A stretch of DNA of 64,000 nt from Squalus acanthias (taxonomy: Eukaryota). The stretch lies in NCBI GenBank assembly GCA_030390025.1, contig CM059431.1, positions 104,038,001 through 104,102,000 of the forward strand, written 5' to 3'. Below, piece by piece: positions 35,650 to 48,269 of the stretch (its first letter is position 1; every line of letters begins with the position of its first letter). Under the pieces are notes generated by a model that worked only from the letters and a program-made list of their open reading frames with translations, searched no databases and was not told the origin of the DNA. The translations under genes were made by a program, and so were the position numbers.

Positions 35650-37450
35650 AATGCCACAAAACCGGCCGATGCCACCGCCAGCAGCTGTTAACGGCCACCG
35701 AAAATGGTAGCACTGGCAGGGCCAAAAAATTGGCGCTGGGGACTAATTAACACCAGCTCAGCGCTAAACTCACCATGCAACGCTGTCCTAGTGACGCTCG
35801 GCCCGGCACGAGGCCTTAATGTAGCGTGGGCATTGCATCATTGCAGCTCGAACAGCCTGCTCTTAAAGTGAGGCTGTCATTTCTGAGAGCATCATCGGTC
35901 TGTTAAAGGGGCACTGCCTTCTAAATTGGAAAAAAAAATCATGCAAAAATAGGCAGTTTTTAGCCCTTACAGCTCAACTGCCTTCTGAAAAATAAATTAA
36001 TGGTAACAATAATTCCCAATTGCCAGTCTTCAGCTCTTAAAGCTGAATTCCCTTCGGCACCTAAAAAAAATGGTAAAAGTGCTTTAGCACTAACGCAAAT
36101 GGCTCAGCAAGCCAGGGAGGGGGGCACCCAGGGTCTCACACACAGCACTCCAGCTTTGTGCAGGGGGTCAACCCACAGGGGCCAGGAGGCCCTCCAGAAA
36201 GAACAGTGTGAGACCAGATCACTGAGGCCATCACTGCCAGCAGTGTCGCCCTCCCCCACCCCATGACCTGGCTCCAGTGCCCAAAGAAGCTTCATGACCT
36301 CTGACCAGTGGTCAAGGTCAGTGAATGCATCTTCAAAAGCCATCTTCTACCAACTGCACCACCAGCCTCACAAACTTCTCAATGCATGACTCCCCCCCCC
36401 CCGCCCCAATCACTCACCTACCAACAAGCTGCACCAATCACGAGACACATCTCCCATTCCTAGCTTCACCTCACTGCCTTGGAGGAGACGGTGTTGGCCA
36501 TTCTTGGCAGAGGATTGGCTGAGCCCTTGGCTAGTGGCGGGGCTGAAAGGATACAAGATGCTGGTATCCTCATACGTTATCCTCCTTCTCACATGCACCT
36601 CTTGCTTTCCTGCTCTCCCCTCCCGCCCATGTGCCTTCCTCATTTTACACACTCAAGAAATCCAGCCTGCCCAGCCAATGGGTGACCAAGAAGAGGGAGA
36701 GGAGAGTGAAGAACAAGAAGAACCACCATCACTCGATTTCACACTCCCGCCACCAGTTCCTCAAGGTCGAACAGCAAGGCTATTCGCAGTGTCCCCCACT
36801 GAAAGTCAGCAGCCTTCCACCAGCCATGCTGCAGCCACTGGGGTAGCACTATGTGATTTCAGTAAGATAGGCAAAGGCACACACAGGAAAGTCACTAAGG
36901 GAAAGCATAAGGGTGATTAATTGATTTCTTGATGTCATATTGGATGGATAGATGTATAAAGTTGGATTGGGAAGTTTGCTTTGTGGTGGCATTTATTTCA
37001 GCATTGTGGCCAAGAGGATGCTGTGATGGTCAGTAACAGAGGGAAGGTAAATTGTGGGACAAATGTTGAAAGGGGAATTGGGGTTGTGGTCACTGGTACC
37101 GCAGGCAGATGATTCTATCCCGGATATCCCAGCCAGAAAGGGCTGTCTGGGTTGTATTCTTCCTTCCGCTTTCTCCTCTTCTGCTTCCTCCTCTTCTGTG
37201 TCTTCCTCTTCCGTGTCTTCCTCTTCTGATTCTTCCTCTTCCCTCTGTGAGCTGATATTGTAAATCTGAAATAAAAGCATAAAATGCTGGAAATACTCAG
37301 CAGGTCAGGCAGCATCTCGACCTGAGACGTGAACTCTGTTTCTCTCTCCATGGATGCTGCCTGACCTGCTGAGTATTTCCAGCATTTTTAGTCTTCGCAG
37401 AGGTCTTCCTTTACCATCCGAGGCCATGCAAACATCCAGCAGCACTCCCT
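35650..37450 (+). mobile_element. Decayed Harbinger element with Myb/SANT-protein remnants
   Basis: MAQQARE.., TWLQCPKKLHDL (cf. WxQCRKKxxDL), MEETVLAILG; acidic low-complexity tract at 37150-37245; boundaries uncertain. Confidence 0.5.
37281..37388. repeat. Perfect 36-bp inverted repeat with 36-nt loop, probably Penelope-derived
   Basis: AAAATGCTGGAAATACTCAGCAGGTCAGGCAGCATC and its exact reverse complement; related tail fragment at ~12923-12975. Confidence 0.8.
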
Positions 37451-38621
37451 GCACACTTAAAAAACTTTTAACAAGATGAGAATTATTTTACGCAGCATAT
37501 TGTTGTGATCTGGAATGCACTGCTTGAAAGGGTAGTGGAAATAGATTCATTAGTAACTTTCAAAAATTTGAATGGACATATAAAGAAAGACAGAAGAAAG
37601 ATCTTGCATTTATATAGCGCCTTTCACAACCTTAGGACATGAAGGGGAAAAAGATTGCAGGGAATTGGGAAAGAGCAGGAGAGTGGAAATAATTGGATAG
37701 CTCTTTCAAAGAGCCGGCATAGACACGATGAGCTGAATTGCCTCCTTTTGTGCTCTATAATTCTGCGATTTTTGCCCAAAGGACCTTCTGTTTTTTTCAA
37801 AGTGTGCACTTTAAATTCTGCTGCAGCACTGGAATTCCCAATCACATGCATTTTTCTATGCCAGCAGCTCACCCACATTGATAACGGTGCTAACCCTGGA
37901 AATGCATGCAGGGTTAATGTAGCAATGGTGTTCTTCCAGCACCACGCGGCGTCACGCTGAGCGTATGCCCCGATCAGAAAATCTAGGAGTTGCGCTACAG
38001 AGATCCCTCCCGCTGTGAAGTACTTGTTCTACCACTGTTACTGTCAACTTCGAAATTTCACAGCATGTTACGCAGGGCTCAATCTAAAGGGAAATTTGTA
38101 GCATAGGTGATGCACCGTCTGCCTAAAGGACTGAGCTGCACAAGTGTTCTATATAATTGCATTTTCAGCATCTACAAATCAGATAATGATAGATAATTAT
38201 ATGGCTGTTGTGCAGATTACTGATAACTGACATTTCATCAAAGCGTAGTTGAAGCAGATACGACAAGAGGGAGGAAGCCCCAGAGAGCATGTCACACAGA
38301 CAATATTGATTGCTGCGTAACTGGTCTGTTTACAGGCCACATGGCCTCATTTGTCTAATGCTGCTACTGATATAAAAACTCATTATAAATCGCTCTGACT
38401 GCATGTCTGTGTTTCGATACATGGGTGGGGGGGCGGGGGGGGCGCTCAGACTTCTGACGCGGTATGGTAGCATGGTGGTTATGTTACTAGATTAGTAATC
38501 CTGAGGCCTGGACTATTGATTCTGTGAAACATGAGTTCAAATCCCGCCACAGCAGCTGGGGAATTTAAGTTCAAAATAATTAAATCAATCTGGAATTTAA
38601 AAAAAATACTACTATCAGTAA

Positions 38622-38926
38622 TCACAGAATCCCCACAGTGCAGATAGAGGCCATTTCGGCCCATCGAGCCTGCACCGACACACATCCCACCCTATCCCCG
38701 TAACCCCACATATCTAATCCCCCTAACACTAAGGGTCAATTTATCATAGCCAAATCAACCTAACCCGCACATCTTTGGACTGTGGGAGGAAACCGGAGCA
38801 CCCGGAGGAAACCCACGCAGACACGGGGAGAATGTGCAAACTCCACACAGACAGTCACCCGAGGCCAGATTCGAACCCGGGTCCCTGGCGCTGTGAGGCA
38901 ACAGTGCTAACCACTATGCCACCGTG
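38622..38926 (-). mobile_element. HE1-like V-SINE
   Basis: tRNA head and V-domain GTGGAGTTTGCACATTCTCCCCGTGTCTGCGTGGGTTTCCTCCGGGTGCTCCGGTTTCCTCCCAC; CR1-type tail. Confidence 0.9.
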
Positions 38927-39067
38927 TTGCCCTGTATTGTAATATACCATGAAACTACTAGATTGTCTTAAAGACCCATCTGGTTCACTAATGTTCTTTA
39001 GGGATTATCCTTACCTGGTCTGGCCTATGTGTCAACAACAATGTGGTTGACTCTTAACTGTCCTCTG

Positions 39068-39524
39068 ACCTGGACTTCAAGGGTTAAGTTACGAGGAGAG
39101 ATTACACAAATTAGGGTTGTATTCCCTAGAATTTCAAAGGTTAAGGGGTGATCTGATCGAAGTTTTCAAGATATTAAGGGGAACAGAAACGGTAGACAGA
39201 GAGAAACTATTTCCTCTGGTTGGGGATTCTAGGACTAGGGGGCATAGTCTAAAAATTCGAGCCAAACCTTTCAGGAGTGAAATTAGGAAACACTTCTACA
39301 CACAAAGGGTGGTAGAAGTTTGGAACTCTCTTCTGCAAACGGCAACTGATGCTGAGTCAATTGTTAATTTAAAAATCTGAGATTGATAGCTTTCTGTTAA
39401 CCAAAGGTATTAAGGGATATGGGCCAAAGGTAGATGGAGTTAGGTTGCAGATCAGCCGTGATCTCATTGAATGGTGGAGCAGGCTCGAGGGGCTGAATGG
39501 CCTCCTCCTGTTCCTATGTTCCTA
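39068..39524 (+). mobile_element. CR1 3' fragment
   Basis: YSLEFQRLRGDLIEVFK; near-identical to 42980-43437. Confidence 0.88.
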
Positions 39525-40289
39525 GATGGCCTAGCAAGTTGTATTCAAGAAGGCGGCTCACCACCACCTTCTCAAGGGCAATTAGGGATGGGCAATAAAT
39601 GCTGGCCTTGCTGGTGACGCCCACATCCCATGAATAAACAAAAGGAAGAAAATGGTCAGACCATTATGAATTTATGAGAACAGGCAACCATTAGGTGTTA
39701 TGTAACTTGATTAACAGATTTTTTTGCTTTTGTAACTGTAGCTTGTCTACCAAAGAAATTGGGCAACACTTAGGCTATCTGTTCTGTCGTTTTTATAACA
39801 GAAGTTACTTTGAATATCATTCAAATATTTTCTCTCTTTGCTGTTTTCATCACACTAAATGGTCACAGCTACCTTGAAAGGGAATTAGATTTTGAAGAAG
39901 GCAGCTCACTGTTGGACTTGGGCTTTCTCCACTCTACAGCTTCCAGCTCTGGCTGGATGTATTCCTGGAGGTTCCATCACGTGACCTCCAGCCAACTGCC
40001 CCACCCCCACGCTCCCCCCCATTGGTCGCCCAACATGTCCATTCTCACGTGCACTGCCTTCCCAGGGAGCAGGCCATTCAGCCCCTCGAGTCTGCTCTGC
40101 CATTCATTTAGATTATGTCTTACCTGTATCTCAACCCCATCGACGGGCCTTGGTTCCATAACCCTTAATACTAACAAAATTCTATCAATCTCAGTTTTGA
40201 AACTTTCAGAGGAAATAGTTTCTCTCTCTCTACCCTATCAATTCCTTTAATCACCTAATTACTTGCTGTACCTGCATAGTAACCTTATG

Positions 40290-40980
40290 AATCACAAAAG
40301 GTTAGTATGCAGGTACAGCAAGTAATTAGAAAAGCTAATCGAATGTTGTTGTTTATTGCGAGGGGAATTGAATACAAAAGTAGGGAGGTTATGCTTCAGT
40401 TATACAGGGCATTGGTGAGACTACATCTGGAGTACTGTGCACAGTATTGCTCTCCTTATTTAAGGAAGGATGTAAATGCGTTGGAAGCAGTTCAGAGAAG
40501 GTTTACTAGACTAATACCTGGAATGGGCGGGTTGTCTTATGAGGAAAGGTTGGACAGGCTAGGCTTGTATCTGCTGGAGTTTAGAAGAATAAGAGGTGAC
40601 TTGATTGAAACATGTAAGATCCTGAGGGGTCTGGACAGGGTGGATGTGGAGAGGATGTTTCCTCTTGTGGGAGAATCTAGAACTAGGGGTCACTGTTTAA
40701 CAATAAGGGGTCGCCCATTTAAGACAGAGATGAGGAGACATTTTTTCTCACAGAGGGTCGTAAGTCTTTGGAACTCTCTTCCTCAGAGGGCGGTGGAAGC
40801 AGAGTCTTTGAATATTTTTAAGGCAGAGGTAGATAGATTCTTGGTAAGCAAGGGGGTGAAAAGTTATCGGGTGTAGGCGGGAATGTGGAGTAATCAGATC
40901 AGCCATGATCTTATTGAATGGCGGAGCAGGCTCGAAGGGCCGAGTGGCCTACTCCTGCTCCTAATTCGTATGTTCGTATG
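40290..40980 (+). mobile_element. CR1 3' fragment
   Basis: ORF 40307-40876; (TTCGTATG)n tail. Confidence 0.9.
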
Positions 40981-41212
40981 TAAACACCTCAATTAGATCA
41001 CCCCTTAATCTTCTATACTCGAGGGAATACAGGCCTAGTCTGTGCAACCTGTCCTTATAGTTTAATCCTTTTGGCCCCGGTTTCTTAAGAGCTGGCTGAG
41101 AAAAATAGTCAAATAAGGAGAGACCTGGGCAGAATAAGGCTGAGGCATGTGGCAGGGAGAGACAGACTCTGGTAAATATATATGTGAATGGGGAGGGAGT
41201 GTTTGGTAAATT

Positions 41213-41778
41213 TAGGGCCCTGGTGAGACCACACCTGGAGTATTGTGTACAGTTATGGTCTCTTTACATAAGGAAGGATATACTTGCCATAGAGGGAGTG
41301 CAACGAAGGTTCACCAGACTGGTTCCTGGGATGGGGGGATTGTCCTATGAGGAGAGATTGAGTAGACTAGGCCTATATTCTCTAGAGTTTAGAAGAATGA
41401 GAAGTGATCTCATTGAAACATGCAAAATTCTTACAGGGCTTGATAGTGTAGATGCAGGGAAGATGTTTCCCCTGGCTGGGGAGTCTAGAACCAGGGATCA
41501 CAGTCTCAGAATAAGGAGTCGGCCATTTAGGACTGAGATGAGGAAAAATGTCTTCACTCAGAGGGTGGTGAATCTTTGGAATTCTCTACCCCAGAGGGTT
41601 GTGGAAGCTCAGTCGTTGAGTATATTCAAGACAGAGATCGATAGATTTTTGAACATTAAGGGAATCAAGGGACATGGGGATAGGGCAGGAAAGTGGAGAT
41701 GAGGTAGGAGATCAGCCATGATCTTATTGAATGGCGGAGCAGGCTCGAGGGGCCAAACGGCCTACTCCTGCTCCTTTT
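41213..41778 (+). mobile_element. CR1 3' fragment
   Basis: RALVRPHLEYCVQLWS..FTQRVVNLWNSLP. Confidence 0.9.
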
Positions 41779-42175
41779 TATTATGGAAATGAGATTCAGG
41801 GGTAGGATGAACAGTGGGTGGCAACATTAAGTTCTGGAGGTTGAATATTTAAGGGAAGGGGGTCTGGGATACAAAAGGTAACATGAGGCAGGATGAGAGT
41901 ATTATAGAGGAAGACAGATGGGTGGACATGTTCAGTTTGTTTTCTTTAGAATCCTTTGCTTAGTTTTGTTGCTGGCTGGAACGACTACTGCTAAACTTGA
42001 TCGAGATGACTTTAAGAAGTCACAGTACAGCTTCATATTCATCTCTAAACAGTTTCACCACAATCAGTGTCAGTTGTCATGGGCCATGTTTGGTCCCACG
42101 CACTTTGATGAAATGCCAGTAACTCGACTCTGTTACGGAGCCCTTTAAATGTTAAAAGTGCTTCAATTGAAGAAA

Positions 42176-42503
42176 GAAGGAACTTGCACCCTTCATGACC
42201 TCAGGATGTCCCAAAATGCTTTACAGCTAATCAAGTACTTTTTAAGAAGCGTAGTCACTGTTTGTAATGTAGGAAACGCGGCAGACAAATTGTCACAGCA
42301 ACATCCCATAATCAGCTGAGATAAATGACCAGATAACCTGTTTTGGTGATGTCGTTTGAGGGATAAATATTGGCCAACACACCAGGGGGTGAACACCCCT
42401 GCTCTTCTTCGAAATAGTGCCATGGGATCTTTTACATCCACCTGAGAGAGCAGACAGGGCCTCGGTTTAACGTCTCATCTGAAAGGACAGCACCTCCGAC
42501 AGT
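42176..42503 (-). mobile_element. Deu-SINE
   Basis: Deu core on the minus strand. Confidence 0.8.
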
Positions 42504-42729
42504 GGTATCAGTCTGTTTGAAATGAAACGCTGTGAAACATATCAGGAGACAAGCACTTCACACTGACAGAACTTTTACCCTACAGGGAACTTTCCTGTTA
42601 AACATAAATGCACAAATAATGGAAGATATCTTTCATCTTCTATCATAACTGCAAAGTGTGCTACAAAGGTCTGCTATATCAGGTCAAACGGTGAGCTTTT
42701 GTGGTCATAGGTTTGTAGCTGTCACAAAG

Positions 42730-43437
42730 TGGGGTCCAGGTACTGTACATAGATCATTAAAATGTCATGAACAGGTACAGAAAATAATCAAAAAGGCTAA
42801 TGGGATGCTGGCCTTTATATCTAGAGGACTAGAATACAAGGGGGTAGAAGTTATGCTGCAACTATACAAAACCCTGGTTAGACCACACCTGGAGTACTGT
42901 GAGCAATTCTGGGCACCACACCTTAGGAAGGATATATTGGCCTTGGAGGGAGTGCAGCGCAGGTTTACCGGAATGATACCCGGACTTCAAGGGTTAAGTT
43001 ACGAGGAGAGATTACACGAATTAGGGTTGTATTCCCTGGAATTTAGAAGGTTAAGGGATGATCTGATCGAAGTTTTCAAGATATTAAGGGGAACAGATAG
43101 GGTAGATAGACAGAAACTATTTCCACTGGTTGGGGAGTCTAGGACTAGGGGGCATAGTCTAAAAATTAGAGCCAGACCTTTCAGAAGTGAAATTAGGAAA
43201 CAGTTCTACACACAAAGGGTGGTAGAAGTTTGGAACTCTCTTCTGCAAATGGCAACTGATGCTAGATCAATTGTTAATTTTAAATCTGAGATTGATAGCT
43301 TTCTGTTAACCAAAGGTATTAAGGGATATGGGCCAAAGGCGGGTATATGGAGTTAGGTCGCAGATCAGCCATGATCTCATTGAATGGCGGAACAGGCTAG
43401 AGGGGCTGAATGGCCTCCTCCTGTTCCTATGTTCCTA
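42730..43437 (+). mobile_element. CR1 3' fragment
   Basis: KKANGMLAFISRG..RPHLEYCEQFW. Confidence 0.9.
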
Positions 43438-44094
43438 ACCAATAAAAGTGAAGCCAGGTGTCTTACTGCAATTTAAGAATTTTCCTTCAAGATGTGTTTC
43501 TTTAAAAAGTATTCAATTTATGACTGAAGAAAATTAAGGTTTTTCTTGATTAAATTTTATTTTAATACTAACAGCCACTATACTTGGTACAAATGACATT
43601 TTATTCTTAAAACAATTTATCATCAAGGCAACCATTACTGGTAATTTATTTTAATTTTTCACGCCGGTCTATTAATGTGGTCTCAATGTCTATTGTCTGC
43701 TTTCTCTGGACAATTTAATTCATCCCTTGTCCTGGAATCCATCACTTTATCCATGACTTGTAATGTTAATCCTATAATCACCCATTTAATCTCTTTAAAT
43801 GGAACAGGACTCCTGCTGTGCACAAAGCCAGCAAGCAAAATTCATGCAAAGTAAAAATTAGCTGCTAAACCAAATTCTAATCCCTTGTGCTGTAAATTAA
43901 CTTGAACTTATAATTGATTAGTTCAGTTACTGTAGCAAATATGAAAGTACACAATGAATGATTTGGAACACCAAATAAGGCTCCATTAAGCTGATTAAAT
44001 GAATTTTCGAAAGCAAAATTGTGCAATGAAATAATAAACTTGGCAGAAATATTGGAATCTGTAAATCAAGATGACCTTACATAATACCTGAGCA

Positions 44095-44780
44095 ATACAA
44101 GAAAATAATTAGAAGCAGCCAATATGGATTTCAGAAAGAACGATTGACCAAGTTGGTATGAGTTCTATGAGGAGGTGACAGATATGGTAGATGGGGGAAA
44201 TGCAGTGGATGTGGTGTACATGAACTTTCAGAAAGTCTTTTAAGAAAGTACCACACAGGAGATTATTATAGATCAATAAGGGGTATGGAATTAGGGGAAG
44301 GTAGAAAATTGGATTAAAAACTGGTTAGAAGTAAGGAAACAGAGAATAAGAGTTAAAGGCAGTTTCTCAGAGTAGCTGGAAGTGGGTAGAAGTGTCCCAC
44401 AGGGTTCAGTTCTGAGAACGCTTCTGCTCACTGTGTGCATCAATGATTTGGATATTGACTAGAGGGAATGTTCTCCACATTTGCAGACAATACTGAAATA
44501 GGAGGCATCATAAACAACACTGAAGACCAAAGACAACTGCAAGGGGGATATTGATAAGATGGTGGAAAGGGCAACAAAGTGTCAGATGGAATTCACCATT
44601 AGTAAGTGTGAGGTGGTACATTATGGTTATAAAAAATGTACTAATTATTATATTTTGAATAGGGGAAGGTTAGGTGACGTGGAAGAGCAGAGGGATTTAG
44701 GGGATCAGGTTTCCAAGTCCTTAAAAGTAGCCCCTCAAATGGAAAAGGCCATTAAAATGCTAATGGTATACTGGGTTCAA
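44095..44780 (+). mobile_element. Old, decayed CR1 RT fragment
   Basis: VDVVYMNFQK, VPQGSVL, FADNT, KCEVVHYG, QRDLG. Confidence 0.75.
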
Positions 44781-44796
44781 TGTCACATGATATAAG

Positions 44797-45310
44797 AAAG
44801 AAGGAAAGAAAGAAAGACTTGTATTCATATAGCGCTTTTATGACCTCAGGATGTCTCAAAGCGCTTTACATTTTTTTAAAGTGTAGTCATTATTGCAATG
44901 TAGGAAATGCAGCAGCCAATTTGCGCACAGCAAGCTCCCACAAACGGCAGTGTGATAATGATCAGTTTTAATGATGTTGGTTGAGGGATAAATATTGGTC
45001 AGGACACATGGGGAGAACTCCCCCCTGCTTTTCTTGAATATTGCTGTGGGAAGAAGCGCAGGACAATTCTCCCCGGTGTCCTGGCCAATATTTATCCCTC
45101 AACCAACATCGCTAAAAACAAAAACGGATTATCTGGCCATTTTTTTTCATGATGCTGTTTTTGGGAGCTTGCTGTGCGCAACTTGACTGCCGCGTCGCCT
45201 ACATTACAACAGTGACTACACTTCAAAAGATACTTCATTGGCTGTAAAGCGCTTTGGGGCGTCCTGAGGTTGTGAAAGGCACGATAGAAATGCAAGTCTT
45301 TCTTTTTCTT
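44797..45310. mobile_element. Two divergently oriented 5'-truncated Deu-SINEs (44797-45040 minus, 45056-45310 plus)
   Basis: The same 3' half is present in both orientations. Confidence 0.8.
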
Positions 45311-45319
45311 TAATACATA

Positions 45320-46003
45320 AGGTTGGATTTTCATTGACCTGTGGAGGTGGGTTTGGAGGCGTGTGGGGGGTTAAACTTACGAAAACTGGCGGGTGGGCAC
45401 AAGCCGTCTCCATCCCGCCTCCACGCAATTTTAATTAAATCATGTCTGCTGGTCCCGACTCCGTCCCGCCTCTAAGAGGCGGGATAGGCTGTTAAGGCCC
45501 TTAACAAGCACTAAATTGCCTCTATAATGCTATTTTGAAAGGTTTTTGTGATTTTAACCCTTTTTCTATGTGAAGCACACCTGTTCTGAACCACGAATGT
45601 GAAACCTGGCGGGAGCACATTCGGCTGGCTGGCTGGCTGGATGGATGGATGAGGAGGAGACATATCTGGATGGATGGATGAGGAGGAGACATATCTGGGA
45701 GTGGTGGTGCAAAAATATCTGGGAGCAGACTTAGGGCTGCTGCTGCTCATTTTGCATACAGGTCCTCTCACAGCAAAGGCCAGGCAGTCTTTGCAGACCT
45801 TCAATGCAGCAGCAATGATGACATCATCAAAGGCGACTTTCAGACTGAAAACACTAATTGGTTCATGGGTTCCCACATGCTGGAACTCAATTGCCCAATT
45901 AGGTGAAAATCGCATCAATCTCCCACATCCAATTGCAGTCGGGTGGATAACACGAAAAGTGGATGACACGACCCCAGCCTGCCCCAGTATCAAAATCCAG
46001 CCC
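45320..46003. mobile_element. Harbinger-type MITE, family D
   Basis: Imperfect TIRs AGGTTGGATTTTCAT / ATCAAAATCCAGCCC; internal 30-bp tandem duplication at ~45637-45697. Confidence 0.55.
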
Positions 46004-46337
46004 ACTGTATTTACAGCGCAGAAACCAGCAGGTCCATGCCAGTGTTTATGCTCCACACGAGCCTCCTCCCACCCCTCCCCATCAACATAACCTTCTATTC
46101 CTTTCTCTCTCATGTGCTTATCTAGCTTCCCCTTAAAAGCATCCACACAGTCTGGTTGGGCTGCCTGTGCTGTCTCTGTGTTGTTATTTTCAATGTGTAA
46201 ATACTATAAAGTGGAAGTCGGCTCTTATTTTTAATGAATCGATTTTCTTCAGGTGGGTTTCGTTCTCCAGTGTCATGTACATTTATTCTATTGTTTATGA
46301 CTGACATGGCAAAGGTAGCTACATTTTCTAATGCATA

Positions 46338-47091
46338 GGGCGCGATTTTGCCAGCCCTGGGGAGGCGGGTATGGAGGCGGGACTGCCGGGAAAATAGCAG
46401 AACCTGGGGGTGGGTGCCCAACCCGCTTCCGTGCCATCTTGCCAGGAGGCGGGTAGCCGTCCCGCGCCGGGTCCCATCTCCTTGGAGGCAGGAAGGGATT
46501 ACAGCCATTTTGCCCACACAGATTAGTGCTTCCCGAAGGCTGCAAACCCCGCCAGGGTCACCGAGGCGAGTAGTGAGTCTGCGGGGGTCGCTGAGGTGCA
46601 AAAGTGCGCTGTGAAGGTAAGTGATGGGTGCAAGTGTGGAGAGGTGAGTATCTGAGGTAAGTGGAAAGTCTTAGAAAAAGTGTACTTACCTTTGTTTCTT
46701 CCTGCAGGCTTCAGTCGGTGGGTATGCGGAGAGTCTCGCACCTCCGCGGTAGAGATGACAGATGGCCGTTGCATTCTCCAATGCAACAACCATCTAATTT
46801 CTGCAAAAGAAAGAGGTTTGATGAGGTCTTGAATTCAAGAACTCATCAAACTACAGAGAATGTCAGTGTTTGACAGCTTCACAGAGCTGTCAAACGATGA
46901 CAATTCATCTGTCAAAGATTTTTGACAGATGAAACGTCATACGTTGACGTTCTCTGCATCCGGCTTTCCCTTAATTGGCCTGCTATCAAGGGAAAATAGC
47001 GTGGGTTAGCCAGAAGTTGATGGAGGAGGGACTGAAACCCGACAAGTGGGAGTCCCGCCTCCAAAAGCTCCCCATTGAGAAAACCACCCCC
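46338..47091. mobile_element. Harbinger-type MITE, family E
   Basis: TIRs GGGCGCGATTTT / AAAACCACCCCC, TSD ATA, internal palindromes at 46868-46951. Confidence 0.65.
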
Positions 47092-47184
47092 ATAATCAGA
47101 GAATCGTGCAGCACAGAAGGAGGCCTATCAGCCCACAGTGCCTATTCCAGCTCTTTGAAAGAGCTATCCAATTTTTAAAAATAT

Positions 47185-47680
47185 TATATTCACTCACAGG
47201 ACGTGGGAGTCGCTGGCAAGGCCAGCATTTATTGCCCCTCCCTAGTTGCCCTTGAGAAGGCGGTGGTGATCCGCCTTCTTGAACCGCTGCAGTCCGTGAG
47301 GTGAAGGTGCTCCCACAGTGGGAGTACTTCTTTGTAGCAGTTGTGGTCCAACCGAGTGACTTGCTAGGCCATTTCAGAGGGGCAGTTATGAGTCAACCAC
47401 ATTGCTGTGGGTCTGGAGTCACATATCGGCCAGACCAGGTAAGGACGACAGATTTCCGGCCCTAAAGGCCATTATTAAACCAGATGGGTTATTACAGCAA
47501 CCCAGTAGTTTCTTGGATAACCGTTACTGATACTAGCTTTTTTTTTAAATTCCAGATTTTATTTAATTAACTGAATTTAAATTCCCCAGTTACCATGGTG
47601 GGAATTTGAAACCATGTCGACCAGATCATTAGTCCAGCCCGGCTGGATTACTAGTCCAGCAACATAACCACTATGCTACC
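47185..47680 (-). mobile_element. MetaSINE-like element, full length
   Basis: Head GGTAGCATAGTGG, B-box GGTTTCAAATTCC, core and LINE-derived tail. Confidence 0.75.
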
Positions 47681-48269
47681 CTTAATCCCTTAGCCCTTAA
47701 ATCATTTCCCCTTAATCTTCCATAATTACAGGACGGATCAAAATATATCTGTGTTCCAACTGATCTGTGATATGTGCACAAAGAACTGAGAAATCTAGCT
47801 TTTTCATGACACCAGGTTTTCACATTCACAGAAATGACAAAGAATTAATTTGATCTATTAATTGCACAACTTAAAAATCAGACCCATTAACAAATTGTTG
47901 ACGATCTATATTCTTTCTTGCATACATTACTTAGCGAAAATAATATGCTGCTGGTTTTTGTCAAGATAGATTCATTCGACTAAGATTAAGCCAAAACGAT
48001 TTATTCTATATTCAGCGCAATTTAATAAACTATCCAGATGTACATTTAATAAAGCAAACACAGTTTTACCTGCAAAGTAAATCAAGAATATATGATTTAA
48101 AAAAAAAGACTTTGCATTTATAGAGCGCCTTTCATGACCACCGGACATCTCAAAGCACGTTACAGCCAATGAAGTACTTTTTAAAGTGTAGTCACTGTTG
48201 TAATGTAGGAAACGCGGCAGGCAATTTCATTAATATGAATGAAAGAAAATAATCTACTACTACAGCAAT

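Larger units (their letters stand above)
38461..39642 (+). mobile_element. MetaSINE-like element with nested V-SINE and CR1
   Basis: A-box TAGCATGGTGG, B-box GAGTTCAAATCC, core at 38975-39065, LINE-derived tail at 39545-39640. Confidence 0.75.

Noticed and set aside
36993..37351. Glu-rich and Lys/Arg-rich ORFs
   Set aside because: Translations of a low-complexity TCTTCC-type repeat inside a decayed element
39860..39980. Exon-like stretch open on both strands
   Set aside because: Splice sites weak on either strand and no recognisable protein
41918..42148. Signal-peptide-like ORF (ILCLVLLLAG) after a good acceptor
   Set aside because: No convincing donor or recognisable homology
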